From positions 1 through 59,006 of the forward strand of contig JAXDGF010000035.1 in assembly GCA_034665165.1 (NCBI GenBank): 59,006 nt of DNA, read 5' to 3'. Below are positions 45,412 to 55,245 of this stretch, piece after piece (positions within the stretch are counted from its first letter, which is position 1; each line of letters starts with the position of its first letter). The notes under the pieces were generated by a model. That model made no database searches. It was not told the DNA's origin and saw only the letters and a list, made by a program, of their open reading frames with translations. The translations under genes and the position numbers were made by a program. This DNA comes from Solirubrobacteraceae bacterium (GTDB lineage: Bacteria > Actinomycetota > Thermoleophilia > Solirubrobacterales > Solirubrobacteraceae).

Positions 45412-46593
45412 ATGTTCGCGCGTGGACATCAAGAGGATTTGCTCAAGGAGCTCGAGCGGCTGAAGGCGCGTATCCGGGACCTCGAAGCCGACCACGCTCG
45501 CGGCCTCCGGCTCGACCCCACCACCGGCGTCCTCTCGGCCCGGGCGCTGCGGGGACGCCTGGCCGAGGAGTGCGAGCGCGCCCGCCGCTACCAGCGCCCA
45601 CTATGCGTGGCGGTGCTCGGCATCGACGACTTCGCCGAGCTCGAGCTCCGGCACAGCTTCAAGGCCGGCGACGAGCTCGTCTGCACCTTCGCGGCACGCC
45701 TGCGGGGCAGTATGCGCTCCCACGATCTGATCGGACGGACAGGGAACGCCGAGTTCACCGTGCTCCTCCCCGATACCAGCCCCGAGGCGGCCCTTCCCGG
45801 GCTCGAGCGTCTCCTGGTCGAGCTCGAGGTCGCGGGCGAGGGGACGATCCGCGCCACCGGAGCTTCGATGGGCGTCGCCTCCTTCCAGCGCGGCATGAGC
45901 GCCGAAGGGCTGCTCGCGAGCGCGCGCCAGGCGCTCGGCGATTCGCAGGCAATGGGCGGCGGGCGCGCGACGATCGCGGCCAAGAGCGACGCTGCCCTCG
46001 ACCCGGCGAAGGCACCGCAGCGCGAGGTCGTCGAGCTCCTAGCCCTCACTCTCCTGGAAAAGGACCGCTACACGGGCGAGCACTCCGAAGCCGTGATCGA
46101 CATGTCCGCCTCGGTCGCGCGCACGCTGGGGTGCGGCGCGGTCGATGTCGAGCGAGTGCGCTCGGCCGCGCTGCTGCACGACATCGGCAAGATCGGGATC
46201 CCCGACGAGATCCTCCATAAGCCCGGCCCGCTGAGCGACGAGGAATGGGTGGTGATGAGAGAGCACCCGGTGATCGGGGAGCGCATCCTGCGCAAGTTCC
46301 CGGGCCTCGGGCCCGTCGCCCGCATGGTGCGACACGAGCACGAGCGCTGGGACGGCGCCGGTTACCCCGACGGCCTGCGGGGTTCGGAGATCCCCTTCGG
46401 GAGCCGGGTCATCATCGTTGCCGACGCCTACCACGCGATCACCTCGGACCGCCCCTACCGCGCGGCCCGGCCCCACGACGTCGCGGTCGACGAGCTCACG
46501 CGCTGCGCCGGGACCCAGTTCGACCCCGACGTCACCGCGGCGCTGATCGGTCACCTGTACGGGCGCCGGCAGTCGGGCACCTTGAGCGTGTAG
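45412..46593 (+). CDS. Degenerate GGDEF plus HD-GYP phosphodiesterase
   Basis: Coiled coil, DPTTG, RSHD-x5-GNAEF (degenerate GGDEF); LLHDIGK, HERWDGAGYPDGL, DAYHA..SDRPYR, GTQFDP. Confidence 0.88.
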   Translation: MFARGHQEDLLKELERLKARIRDLEADHARGLRLDPTTGVLSARALRGRLAEECERARRYQRPLCVAVLGIDDFAELELRHSFKAGDELVCTFAARLRGSMRSHDLIGRTGNAEFTVLLPDTSPEAALPGLERLLVELEVAGEGTIRATGASMGVASFQRGMSAEGLLASARQALGDSQAMGGGRATIAAKSDAALDPAKAPQREVVELLALTLLEKDRYTGEHSEAVIDMSASVARTLGCGAVDVERVRSAALLHDIGKIGIPDEILHKPGPLSDEEWVVMREHPVIGERILRKFPGLGPVARMVRHEHERWDGAGYPDGLRGSEIPFGSRVIIVADAYHAITSDRPYRAARPHDVAVDELTRCAGTQFDPDVTAALIGHLYGRRQSGTLSV

Positions 46594-46596
46594 AAA

Positions 46597-48150
46597 TTAC
46601 CGCCCCACGCAGGCGTTCACGGCCGCCTTGCCCGGACGGGTGACGCGGATCACCTTCCAGATTCCGCGTTGCGCGATGAGCTGCCCGCGCAGGCCATATT
46701 GGAGGACCTTCGGCGCCCCGCCCGTGATCGGGTTGCGGGGGGCGAAGAAGGCGAGCGCCGGATGGCGCAGCGTCGTGTTGACCTTGGTCACGGGGTACAC
46801 GCGCGTGAGCGGCACGTCGAGCGCCCAGGCCAGGCCGGTCTGGACCGAGTGATTGGCCGCAGCGCGGCTCGAGGGGCAGGGGAACGCCGCCTTGGTCCCG
46901 CCGGCGGCCTGGACGGCCGCGACCATCTCGTCGTAGTACTTGACGGCCCTGGCCGTGATCCTCTTCTCGGGCCCGGCCGCCGACACGCGGCCCGCGAAGA
47001 AGGGGACGGCGATGGCCACGAGCGCCGCCGCGACGGCGAGCGAGGCGATCCCGCCCCCGGCGAAGAGGGCAAAGCGCACCACGGCGACGCCGGCGAGCAC
47101 GGCCGCGACGGCAGCGGCCGGAAGCATGAAGCGCTCGAGCCCGGGGTAGTGATCGAGGGTCATCAACTCAACCACCGCCACGTACGCGAGCCCGGCGCCG
47201 GCGAGGGAAACGACAAGCCAGTCGCGCCGGCGGATGGCGAGGACGGTCACCGCCAGGGCCGCGATCATCACCGGCCACACCGAGAGGTTGGTGGCGCGCT
47301 TGAGGACCTCGAGCTGGGGATGGGCGCCGAGCTGGCCGTTGTAGAGCTGCGCGTGCTTGGAGGAGAGGAACGGCTGACCGGACGCGATCCAGGGCGGGAC
47401 GAACCAGCCCACCGGAATGGCGACCAGCCCCGCGACGAGGATCACGCGGGTGGTCACGCGGGGGTCGCTGAAGAAGAGCCAGAGGGCATAGACGCCGACG
47501 AAGAGCGCGGCCTCGGGGCGCATGAGGGCGAGGGCCACGCCCGAGAGGAAGGCGGTGGTGCGCCGGCCCGCGAGGTGGCGCTCGATCGCGAACAGGGTCG
47601 TGGTTACCACGAACGGCTCCGAGGTCCCCCGCCACATGTAGTGCGTCCACTCCGACGTGAGGAAGATCCCGAACACTGCGAGGACGCCCGCGATCGGCCC
47701 CGCCAGCCGCCAGCGCGAGGAGGCGCCGAGCCGCGACCCAAGCCGGTAGGCGACGAAGAGACCGAACAGGCCTCCGGCCCGCGCCATCGCGACCCACAGC
47801 TTGGGCGCCGCCCCGAAGAACCCGAACACGGTTGTGAAGATGACCGGGAAGGGCTTCCACGACGGGCCGCCCCCGGTGACGAAAGGCTCGTGCGGACCGA
47901 TGATGTGGTGCGCGATCTCGCGGCCCCACACCACCCACGCGAAGGGGTCGTAGCTCGGGAGCGAGGGCTCGGTGACGACGGAGATGAACCCGAGCGCCAG
48001 GCAGGCGGCGACGGCGATCAGGGTCGGTGACGACCACGCAAAACCGGCGCGGACGCGGGCACGGACATCGGTGGAGGACTCAGACTCGGTCGACCGCGAG
48101 GGCGGCTGGTCGGCGACGAGCTGGCCCTCCGCATACTCGCGAGCGGGCAT
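46597..48150 (-). CDS. Polytopic membrane protein, GT-C (polyprenol-phosphate-sugar-dependent glycosyltransferase)-like
   Basis: More than 10 TMs, first-loop YDP..W, SWKP, SEP, MRPE, ERF motifs, C-terminal extracellular domain. Confidence 0.65.
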   Translation of the reverse strand: MPAREYAEGQLVADQPPSRSTESESSTDVRARVRAGFAWSSPTLIAVAACLALGFISVVTEPSLPSYDPFAWVVWGREIAHHIIGPHEPFVTGGGPSWKPFPVIFTTVFGFFGAAPKLWVAMARAGGLFGLFVAYRLGSRLGASSRWRLAGPIAGVLAVFGIFLTSEWTHYMWRGTSEPFVVTTTLFAIERHLAGRRTTAFLSGVALALMRPEAALFVGVYALWLFFSDPRVTTRVILVAGLVAIPVGWFVPPWIASGQPFLSSKHAQLYNGQLGAHPQLEVLKRATNLSVWPVMIAALAVTVLAIRRRDWLVVSLAGAGLAYVAVVELMTLDHYPGLERFMLPAAAVAAVLAGVAVVRFALFAGGGIASLAVAAALVAIAVPFFAGRVSAAGPEKRITARAVKYYDEMVAAVQAAGGTKAAFPCPSSRAAANHSVQTGLAWALDVPLTRVYPVTKVNTTLRHPALAFFAPRNPITGGAPKVLQYGLRGQLIAQRGIWKVIRVTRPGKAAVNACVGR

Positions 48151-48180
48151 GAGACGGGCGGATTGTAGCGAGGCGCCAGA

Positions 48181-48270
48181 CGACCCCATCGCACGTAGCG
48201 ACCGAGCCCCAGCGCACGTGGCGACCGACCCCCAGCGCACGTGGCGACCGACCCCGGCGCACGTAGGGAC
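48181..48270. repeat. 22-23-bp tandem repeat x4 between divergent genes
   Basis: CGACCCCATCGCACGTAGCGAC / CGAGCCCCAGCGCACGTGGCGAC / CGACCCCCAGCGCACGTGGCGAC / CGACCCCGGCGCACGTAGGGAC. Confidence 0.9.
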
Positions 48271-48331
48271 CGCAACTCGCTTTAATCCCCGGTCCCTCTC
48301 ACGGGCGCGACTGGCCGGCGCGCACCGCCGT

Positions 48332-50338
48332 ATGCCCTTGCTCCTGTCCCCCGCTCGCTCCCTCGCCATCACCGTCCTCCTCGGCCTCGCCGTGGCGGTG
48401 TTCCCAGCGACCGCCGCGGCCGCGCCCCGGGCCCACGCTGCCGCGGCCGCGCCCCGGGCCCGCGCTGCCGCGGCCGCGCCCCAGGCCCACGCCGCCGGCG
48501 CCGTCACCCCGAAGCGCGGCGCGCTGACGACCGACGGCTGGACCAACCGCTACCTGCTCGACGGATCCTGGCTCTACCGCGCCGACAGCTCGGGCTCGGG
48601 CGTGGCGAGAGGGTTCTGGCGCGACCGGGCCGGGGCGGCGGGCTGGTCGCCGGTCGGAGTCCCCAACTCCTACAACGCGGCCTCCGTCTCGACGTCGAGC
48701 TTTTACGGCACCGTCGGCTGGTACCGCAAGGACTTCCACGTCCCGAGCGGTCCCGCCGGCGAGCAGTGGATCGTCCGCTTCGAGTCGGTCAACTACCGCG
48801 CCCAGATCTGGCTCAACGGCCGTCCCGTCGGCAGCCATGTCGGCGCGTTCATCCCCTTCGAGCTCAGCCTGACCGGGCTTCGGCCCCACGCCGTCAACCA
48901 CCTCGTGGTGCGCGTCGAGAACCACCTCGGTCCCGCGGATCTCCCCCTCGGCCCGTACGGGTCGGGCGGCACGCCCTCCGTCGGCGGCTGGTGGAACTAC
49001 GGAGGCCTGCTCGGCGACGTCTACCTGCGTCCCGTCCGGGAGGCCAACCTCGAGCAGGTCATCGTCCGGCCGCAGCTCCCCTGCCCCACGTGCACCGCGA
49101 CGATCGTCGAGCAGGCCCTCGTACACAACGTCACCCGAGCGCCCCAACGGGTCCGTCTGCGCGGCTCCTACGGCGGTCGTCCCGTCAACTTCGGCAGCAC
49201 CACGATCGCCCCCGGGGCGACGTGGAGCGCGCACGCCACCGTCCGGGTCGCCCATCCGCGTCTGTGGGCTCCAGGGAGCCCGGCGCTCTATCACGCGACC
49301 GTGACCCTCACCGGGGCCGGCGGTCAGCAGCTCGCGGGCTTCGTCACCGACAGCGGAATCAAGCTGATCAAAGTCGTCTCCGGCGGGCTCCTCGAGCTCA
49401 ACGGGCACCCCCTGCACCTGCGCGGAGTCGGCCTCCAGGAAATGGACGTGCACTCAGGCGCGGCCATGAGCTCGGCCCAGATCGAGCGCCTGATCGGCTG
49501 GGTCCGCGCCCTCGGCGCCGACCTCATCCGCCTGCAATACCCCGCCAACCCCCTGCTCGAGGAGCTCGCGGACCGGTACGGGATCCTCCTCTGGTCCGAG
49601 ATCCCCGTCTACCAGGTGAAGCCGAAGTACCTCGCCCAGGCGAGAACCGTGGCCCTCGCGCACACGATGCTCACAGACAACATCCTCGACAACGAGAGCC
49701 ACCCCTCGATCATGCTCTGGAGCATCGGCAACGAGCTCGCGACGCCCGCGGACGCGTCCGAGACGAGCTACATCGCCGGCGCGGCCAAGCTCGCCCACCA
49801 GCTCGATCCCACCCGACCGGTGGGCATGGCCGTGATGGGCTGGCCCGGCGTTCCCTGCCAGCCCGCCTACGCGCCGCTCGACGTGATCGGGCTCAACGAG
49901 TACTTCGGCTGGTACGACGAGAACGAGGGCTCGACGGTCGACCGCTCCGCGCTGGGCTCATACCTCGACTTCTTCCGCTCCTGCTACCCGCACCAGGCCA
50001 TGTTCGTGAGCGAATTCGGCTTCGAGGCCAACCGCACCGGACCGGTGGAGGAGTACGGGACGTACGCCTTCCAGAGCGACGCCATCGCCTACCACCTCGC
50101 CGCCTTTGCTCAGCGGCCGTGGCTGGCGGGCGCCATCTACTGGGCCCTCCAGGACTTCGTCTGCCGCCCGCTGTGGGCGGGCGGGAACCCTCTACCCGAT
50201 CCCCCCTTCTTCCACAAGGGCCTCGTCGACCTCCAGGGCAACGTCAAGCCGACCTTCGCCGGCGTGCAGCGGGCCTTGCGGGCCACGGTCCAGGTCGGAG
50301 GGCCCCCGGTCCCCGCTTACCCGATCGCCGCTAGGTAG
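48332..50338 (+). CDS. Secreted glycoside hydrolase family 2 (beta-glucuronidase/galactosidase-like)
   Basis: Signal peptide plus three AAAAPRAHA-type repeats, GWYRKDF, FESVNY, WSIGNE (acid/base), VSEFG (nucleophile), HKGL. Confidence 0.9.
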   Translation: MPLLLSPARSLAITVLLGLAVAVFPATAAAAPRAHAAAAAPRARAAAAAPQAHAAGAVTPKRGALTTDGWTNRYLLDGSWLYRADSSGSGVARGFWRDRAGAAGWSPVGVPNSYNAASVSTSSFYGTVGWYRKDFHVPSGPAGEQWIVRFESVNYRAQIWLNGRPVGSHVGAFIPFELSLTGLRPHAVNHLVVRVENHLGPADLPLGPYGSGGTPSVGGWWNYGGLLGDVYLRPVREANLEQVIVRPQLPCPTCTATIVEQALVHNVTRAPQRVRLRGSYGGRPVNFGSTTIAPGATWSAHATVRVAHPRLWAPGSPALYHATVTLTGAGGQQLAGFVTDSGIKLIKVVSGGLLELNGHPLHLRGVGLQEMDVHSGAAMSSAQIERLIGWVRALGADLIRLQYPANPLLEELADRYGILLWSEIPVYQVKPKYLAQARTVALAHTMLTDNILDNESHPSIMLWSIGNELATPADASETSYIAGAAKLAHQLDPTRPVGMAVMGWPGVPCQPAYAPLDVIGLNEYFGWYDENEGSTVDRSALGSYLDFFRSCYPHQAMFVSEFGFEANRTGPVEEYGTYAFQSDAIAYHLAAFAQRPWLAGAIYWALQDFVCRPLWAGGNPLPDPPFFHKGLVDLQGNVKPTFAGVQRALRATVQVGGPPVPAYPIAAR

Positions 50339-51020
50339 CGCCGCCGAAGCGACAGCGCATGAGCGTGGCGATGACGCGGAAGCCGTCGGCGCCCGTGAGC
50401 TTCTTGCCCTCCTCGTTCGAGCGCGCCCGATAGTGCACGGGCACCTCGAAGATGCGCTCGCCCCGCTGCACCAGGCGGGCGGTGATCTCGGGCTCGATCG
50501 AAAACCCGGCGGCGCGTAGCGGGAGGCTGCGGAAGACGTCGATCCTGATCATCTTGTGGCAGGTCATGATGTCGTGCAGGTAGACGTTGAAGAGCACGTT
50601 GCAGGCCAGCGTCACCCCCTTGTTCCCCATCACGAACAGGAACGAGTGGCTGGTGTAGCCGTCGAAGGCGCGAACGCCGAACGACGCGTTCGTGCGCCCG
50701 TCGAGCAGGGGCGGCATGAGCAGGGCCAGGTCGGCCGGGTCGTACTCGAGGTCGGCGTCGAAGATGGCGGCGTAGTCGCCGTTCGCGTGGGTGAGGGCGG
50801 TGCGGATGGCGGCGCCCTTGCCCTGGTTGACCTCGTGCTCGTACAGCCTCACGCGGCTGTCCCACTGGGTGCCGCGGAGAATCTCGCGGGTGCCGTCGGT
50901 GGAGCCGTCGTCGACGACGACGAGCTCGAAGTCGGCGGGAAGCTCGGTGGCGAGGACCTCGGCGATCGCCTTCTCCACTCGCTCGCGCTCGTTGTAGACG
51001 GGCATCAGGATCGAGAGCAT
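50331..51020 (-). CDS. GT2 glycosyltransferase, DPM1-like polyprenol-phosphate sugar synthase
   Basis: LSILMPVYNE, VDDGSTDGT, NQGKGAA, DADLEYDP, IEPEIT, EVPVHYRAR..EEGKK. Confidence 0.9.
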   Translation of the reverse strand: MLSILMPVYNERERVEKAIAEVLATELPADFELVVVDDGSTDGTREILRGTQWDSRVRLYEHEVNQGKGAAIRTALTHANGDYAAIFDADLEYDPADLALLMPPLLDGRTNASFGVRAFDGYTSHSFLFVMGNKGVTLACNVLFNVYLHDIMTCHKMIRIDVFRSLPLRAAGFSIEPEITARLVQRGERIFEVPVHYRARSNEEGKKLTGADGFRVIATLMRCRFGGAT

Positions 51021-51135
51021 GAACTGAAAACGGTGACGTGAGATGAAGGGCGGCTCCGAAAGTTCGCGTCCACCCGCGGGGGCGGCGATGCTAGCCGATG
51101 ACCAACGCGGGCCGCTGTGAGGGAAGATTGCGTGC

Positions 51136-52332
51136 ATGGACTTCGAAGCGGCCGGGCTCCTCGACGGGCTCGAGGGCGAGGAGCGCGCCGCGCGCCGGGA
51201 TCTGCTCGAACGCCTCGCGGCCGATGGCGTCGGTCTCGATGAGCTGGCGGCCGCCATCGCCGAGGACCGGCTCGCCCTCCTCCCCGTCGAGCGCGTGTTC
51301 GGTGCCCGCTACACGGCACGGGAGATCGAGGAGCACACCGGCCTTCCGGCGCCCCTCGTCGCGCGCGTCCGGCGGGCGCTCGGCCTCGTCGAGCCCCTGC
51401 CCGAGGACCGGGTCTTCAGCGAAGAGGACCTCGAGGCCGCGCGGGCGACCAAGCTGGTGCTCGACTCGGGCATCTCCGAGGACGCCGTCATCGAGCTCAC
51501 GCGGGTCCTCGGCGAGGGCATGGCCAGGTTCGCGGCCACGATCGCGAACATCTTCGGGGACACCTTCCTCCACCCCGGCGACAGCGAGCGCGACGTCGCC
51601 CTGCGCTACGCCGCCATGGCCGAGCAGCTCATCCCGGGCACGACACCGATCGTCGCCGCCGCGCTCAACGCCCACGTCCGCGAGAGCGCCCGTCGCGGCA
51701 TCATCGGGCGGGCCGAGCGTGAGCAGGGCCACCTGTCAAGCGAGGAGGAGACCGTCGTCTGCTTCGTCGACCTCGTCGGCTTCACCTCGCTCGGCGCCGA
51801 GGTCGGGGCCGAGGAGCTGGGCACCGTGGCGAAGACGCTGGCCGAGCTCGCCGCCGACGTCGCGCGCCCGCCGGTGCGGCTCGTCAAGACGATCGGCGAC
51901 GCCGCCATGTTCGTCAGCTCCGACGCCTCGCCCGTCGTCGACGCGGCCCTGACCCTCGTCGATGCCGTCGAGGCGGCCGAGCTCCCGAGCCTTCGGGCCG
52001 GCCTCGCCCTCGGGCCCGCCTTCAACCGAGCCGGCGACTGGTACGGCAACACCGTCAATCTCGCGAGCCGTGTCACCGGAGTGGCGCGCCCGGGCAGCGT
52101 CGTCGCCACCCAGGGCGTCCGCGACGCCGCGGCCGGCGACTTCGCCTGGTCCTTCGCCGGACGTTTCAAGCTCAAAGGGGTACCGGAGCCCGTTCCCCTG
52201 CACCGCGCCCGCCGGCTCTCCGAGCCGGGCTCCGAGCCCGACGCGGAATCATCCGCGCCGAAGCTCGAAGGGCGCCGACCCGACGCTAGGAAACGGCGTG
52301 CAAGTCGATCACGAAGACGAGGGTCGAGTTAG
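51136..52332 (+). CDS. Class III adenylate cyclase with N-terminal regulatory domain (Rv1264-like)
   Basis: FVDLVGFT, VKTIGDA, GDWYGNTVNLASRV, KLKG; N-terminal helical regulatory region. Confidence 0.9.
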   Translation: MDFEAAGLLDGLEGEERAARRDLLERLAADGVGLDELAAAIAEDRLALLPVERVFGARYTAREIEEHTGLPAPLVARVRRALGLVEPLPEDRVFSEEDLEAARATKLVLDSGISEDAVIELTRVLGEGMARFAATIANIFGDTFLHPGDSERDVALRYAAMAEQLIPGTTPIVAAALNAHVRESARRGIIGRAEREQGHLSSEEETVVCFVDLVGFTSLGAEVGAEELGTVAKTLAELAADVARPPVRLVKTIGDAAMFVSSDASPVVDAALTLVDAVEAAELPSLRAGLALGPAFNRAGDWYGNTVNLASRVTGVARPGSVVATQGVRDAAAGDFAWSFAGRFKLKGVPEPVPLHRARRLSEPGSEPDAESSAPKLEGRRPDARKRRASRSRRRGSS

Positions 52333-52888
52333 GCGGAATCCCCGCGTGACCGGCCCCCGAGCCGGGCCGCGCCACGTTCTTGTAGGCGAGGCTCGGCGGG
52401 ATGATGAGCTCGCGCCGTCCGCCCTCCTTCATGCCCGGGATGCCCTGGGTCCAGCCGGCGATGACGCCGCTGAGCGGGAAGGAGACCGGCTGTCCGCTGC
52501 CGTCGCTCCAGGAGGCGTCGAACTGCTTGTGGCCCTTGTAGAGCTCGCCGACGTACTGGACGGTGACGGTCGAGGTGGGCTTGGCCGCGGGGCCGGTGCC
52601 CTTGATCAGGTCCTTGATGACGAGCTTCTTGGGGGGCGGACCGCCGGGGATGTTGACCGCAGGCTTGGTGTTGAACGCGGCCGGGAGCGGGACCGTTGGC
52701 TTGGGCGTGGTGGGCGTGGTGGGAGTGGTGGGCGTGGTCGGGGTGGTGGGCGTCGTGGGCGTGGCCGCGGCGACGGTTTGACCGGCGGAGGGCGCGGCTT
52801 CGATGCCAGGGGCTTTGGCGGTGCCGCAGCCCGCGAGCGCGAGCGCGGCGACGGCGATGACAGGGGCGGCGAGGGATCGGTTCGTCAT
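52286..52888 (-). CDS. FKBP-type peptidyl-prolyl isomerase, lipoprotein
   Basis: Lipobox LAGC, (TPT)n linker, VQYVG, FDASW, VIAGWTQG, LIIPPSLAY, IPPNSTLVFVIDL. Confidence 0.93.
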   Translation of the reverse strand: MTNRSLAAPVIAVAALALAGCGTAKAPGIEAAPSAGQTVAAATPTTPTTPTTPTTPTTPTTPKPTVPLPAAFNTKPAVNIPGGPPPKKLVIKDLIKGTGPAAKPTSTVTVQYVGELYKGHKQFDASWSDGSGQPVSFPLSGVIAGWTQGIPGMKEGGRRELIIPPSLAYKNVARPGSGAGHAGIPPNSTLVFVIDLHAVS

Positions 52889-52967
52889 AGATCGGCCAGG
52901 GTAGCGGGCGGAGCGCTCTCGCCACTCCGCGCCCCGGCGAGGTCTCGCGGGACGCCGCGAGACGAGC

Positions 52968-53717
52968 TCATCCCGCGATGCGCTCGAGTACGTCCGCGTC
53001 GACGTCGAAGTTGGCGTGGACGGCGCCGACGTCGTCTGACTCCTCGAGCGCGTCGATGAGCTTGAGCAGTCGTGACGCGTCCGCCTCGTCGACGGGAACC
53101 TTGACCTGGGGCCGCTGGGTGACGTCGGCGCTCTCGATCTCGACCCCGGAGCCGGTCAGGGCGGCGCGCACGGCGGCGAGGTCGCCCGGCTCGGTGATGA
53201 CCTCGAAGACGTCGTCGTCGACCGCGATGTCGAGGGCCCCGGCGTCGATGGCGGGGATGAGGTCGTCCTCGTCATAGCGGGTGGCGTCGACCACGATCAC
53301 GCCCTGTTTGTCGAAGAGGTAGGACACCGATCCGGGCTCGCCCAGGTTGCCGCCGTGCTTGGACAGAGCGTGGCGGACGTCGGCGCCGGTGCGGTTGCGG
53401 TTATCGGTCAGAGCCTCGATCAGGAGAGCGACGCCGCCGGGGCCGTAGCCTTCGTAGACGACGCTCTGGAAGTTCTCGCCCTCGGACCCCTCGCCCGATC
53501 CCTTGGCGATCGCCCGCTCGATGTTGTCCTTGGGCATCGACGCGTCTCGCGCCTTCTGGATCGCGAGGCCGAGCGCCGAGTTGCCCTCGGGATCGCCGCC
53601 GCCCTCCCGCGCCGCGACGGTGATCGCGCGCGCCAGCTTGGTGAAGTGCTGACCGCGACGAGCGTCGACGATCGCCTTCTTGTGCTTGATCGAATGCCAT
53701 TTCGAGTGGCCGGACAT
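52968..53717 (-). CDS. yebC: YebC/PmpR family protein
   Basis: [37 protein letters not shown]. Confidence 0.97.
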   Translation of the reverse strand: MSGHSKWHSIKHKKAIVDARRGQHFTKLARAITVAAREGGGDPEGNSALGLAIQKARDASMPKDNIERAIAKGSGEGSEGENFQSVVYEGYGPGGVALLIEALTDNRNRTGADVRHALSKHGGNLGEPGSVSYLFDKQGVIVVDATRYDEDDLIPAIDAGALDIAVDDDVFEVITEPGDLAAVRAALTGSGVEIESADVTQRPQVKVPVDEADASRLLKLIDALEESDDVGAVHANFDVDADVLERIAG

Positions 53718-53853
53718 GGACCAGAGTTTATGACGCCTGGGGTCATCGGGGGTGACCGTGCTGACGCGAGCCCGACGCGAGTCCGTAGCACCGGATACCG
53801 TCCTCGCATCTGGGTCGGCCTGCGGTGGCGCGGGCAGGCAGGCGTTACGTCCG

Positions 53854-55245
53854 ATGCTCTTCCCCTCCGTTCAGTTCGGCATCTTCTTCCCGATCGTGCT
53901 CGCGCTCTCGTGGGCGCTGATGTCGCGTCCGGCGCTGTGGAAGCCGTTCATCCTCGTCGCCAGCTACGTCTTCTACGCCGCCGCGAGCCCGGTCTTCTGC
54001 CTGCTCCTGGGTGGGGTGACGTTGTGGAATCACGGCGCGGCCAAGCTCATCCACCGCTCTGAGAGCGACCGCTCGCGGGCGCGCCTGTGCGCCGCCGCGG
54101 TGGCGGGCGACCTGCTCGCGCTCGGGATCTTCAAGTACTACTCGTTCTTCGTCCAGGCCTTCGCGCGGGTGCTGCACTCGATCGGGCTGGGGATGCCATT
54201 GCCCCTGATCACGATCGCGCTTCCGGTCGGGATCAGCTTCTTCACCTTCCAGGCCATCTCGTACACCGTCGACGTCAAGCGCGGGCTGATCGAGCCGCCC
54301 AGGCTGCTCGACACCGGCATCTATCTGAGCTTCTTTCCCCACCTCGTCGCCGGGCCGATCGTCCGGGCGCGCGAGTTCCTGCCTCAGCTCGCGCGACCGC
54401 GTGATCCCGAGCACGTCGCCGTCAGCGCCGGCCTGATGCTGATCGGGATGGGGCTCGTGAAGAAGGTGGTCATCGCCGACTACCTCGGGCGCACCGTGGT
54501 CGATCCGGTCTTCGGCGTGCCGCAGGCCTTCCACGGTCCCGACGTCCTCCTCGCCGCGTACGCCTACACGGCGCAGATCTACTGCGACTTCTCGGGCTAT
54601 ACGGACATCGCGATCGGCCTCGCGCTCCTGTTGGGCTTCGTCTTCCCCCAGAACTTCAACAGTCCCTACCGCGCCACCGGATTTCAGGACTACTGGCGGC
54701 GCTGGCACATGACACTCTCGCGCTTCCTTCGCGACTTTCTCTACATCCCCCTGGGCGGGAACCGCCGCGGTCGGCTCATGACCTACCGCAACCTCATGAT
54801 CACCATGGTGCTCGGCGGGCTGTGGCACGGCGCCGCGTGGACGTTTGTGATCTGGGGCGCCCTCCACGGGGTGGGCCTCGTCACCGAGCATGCCCTGAAG
54901 GGAAGGTTCAAATGGCCGGGCTGGCTGCGCTGGTTCGTGACCTTCCATCTCATCGTCCTCGGCTTCATCGTCTTCCGCTCCCAGGGCATCGGCACCGCTT
55001 GGACCTTGTTCAAGCGGCTCGGCTCGATCGCGTCGCCGACGCTGCTGACGGTGCCGGTCGCGCTCGCGATCGCGGTGGCGATCGTGCCCCAGCTCCTGCC
55101 CCCAAGCCCGGTCCAGCGCCTCCAAGTGTGGATCGGGACGCTGCGGCCCGAGCTCCTTGCCGCCGCCCTCGGAGTGCTCATACTGTTCGTCGCGGCGACC
55201 GTCCCCAGCCAGGGCGTCCCGCCCTTCATCTACTTCCGCTTCTGA
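53854..55245 (+). CDS. MBOAT family O-acyltransferase (AlgI/PatA-like)
   Basis: [70 protein letters not shown]. Confidence 0.94.
   Translation: MLFPSVQFGIFFPIVLALSWALMSRPALWKPFILVASYVFYAAASPVFCLLLGGVTLWNHGAAKLIHRSESDRSRARLCAAAVAGDLLALGIFKYYSFFVQAFARVLHSIGLGMPLPLITIALPVGISFFTFQAISYTVDVKRGLIEPPRLLDTGIYLSFFPHLVAGPIVRAREFLPQLARPRDPEHVAVSAGLMLIGMGLVKKVVIADYLGRTVVDPVFGVPQAFHGPDVLLAAYAYTAQIYCDFSGYTDIAIGLALLLGFVFPQNFNSPYRATGFQDYWRRWHMTLSRFLRDFLYIPLGGNRRGRLMTYRNLMITMVLGGLWHGAAWTFVIWGALHGVGLVTEHALKGRFKWPGWLRWFVTFHLIVLGFIVFRSQGIGTAWTLFKRLGSIASPTLLTVPVALAIAVAIVPQLLPPSPVQRLQVWIGTLRPELLAAALGVLILFVAATVPSQGVPPFIYFRF

Noticed and set aside
48181-48270. Possible CRISPR array
   Set aside because: Units are directly adjacent with no unique spacers, and no cas genes are present.
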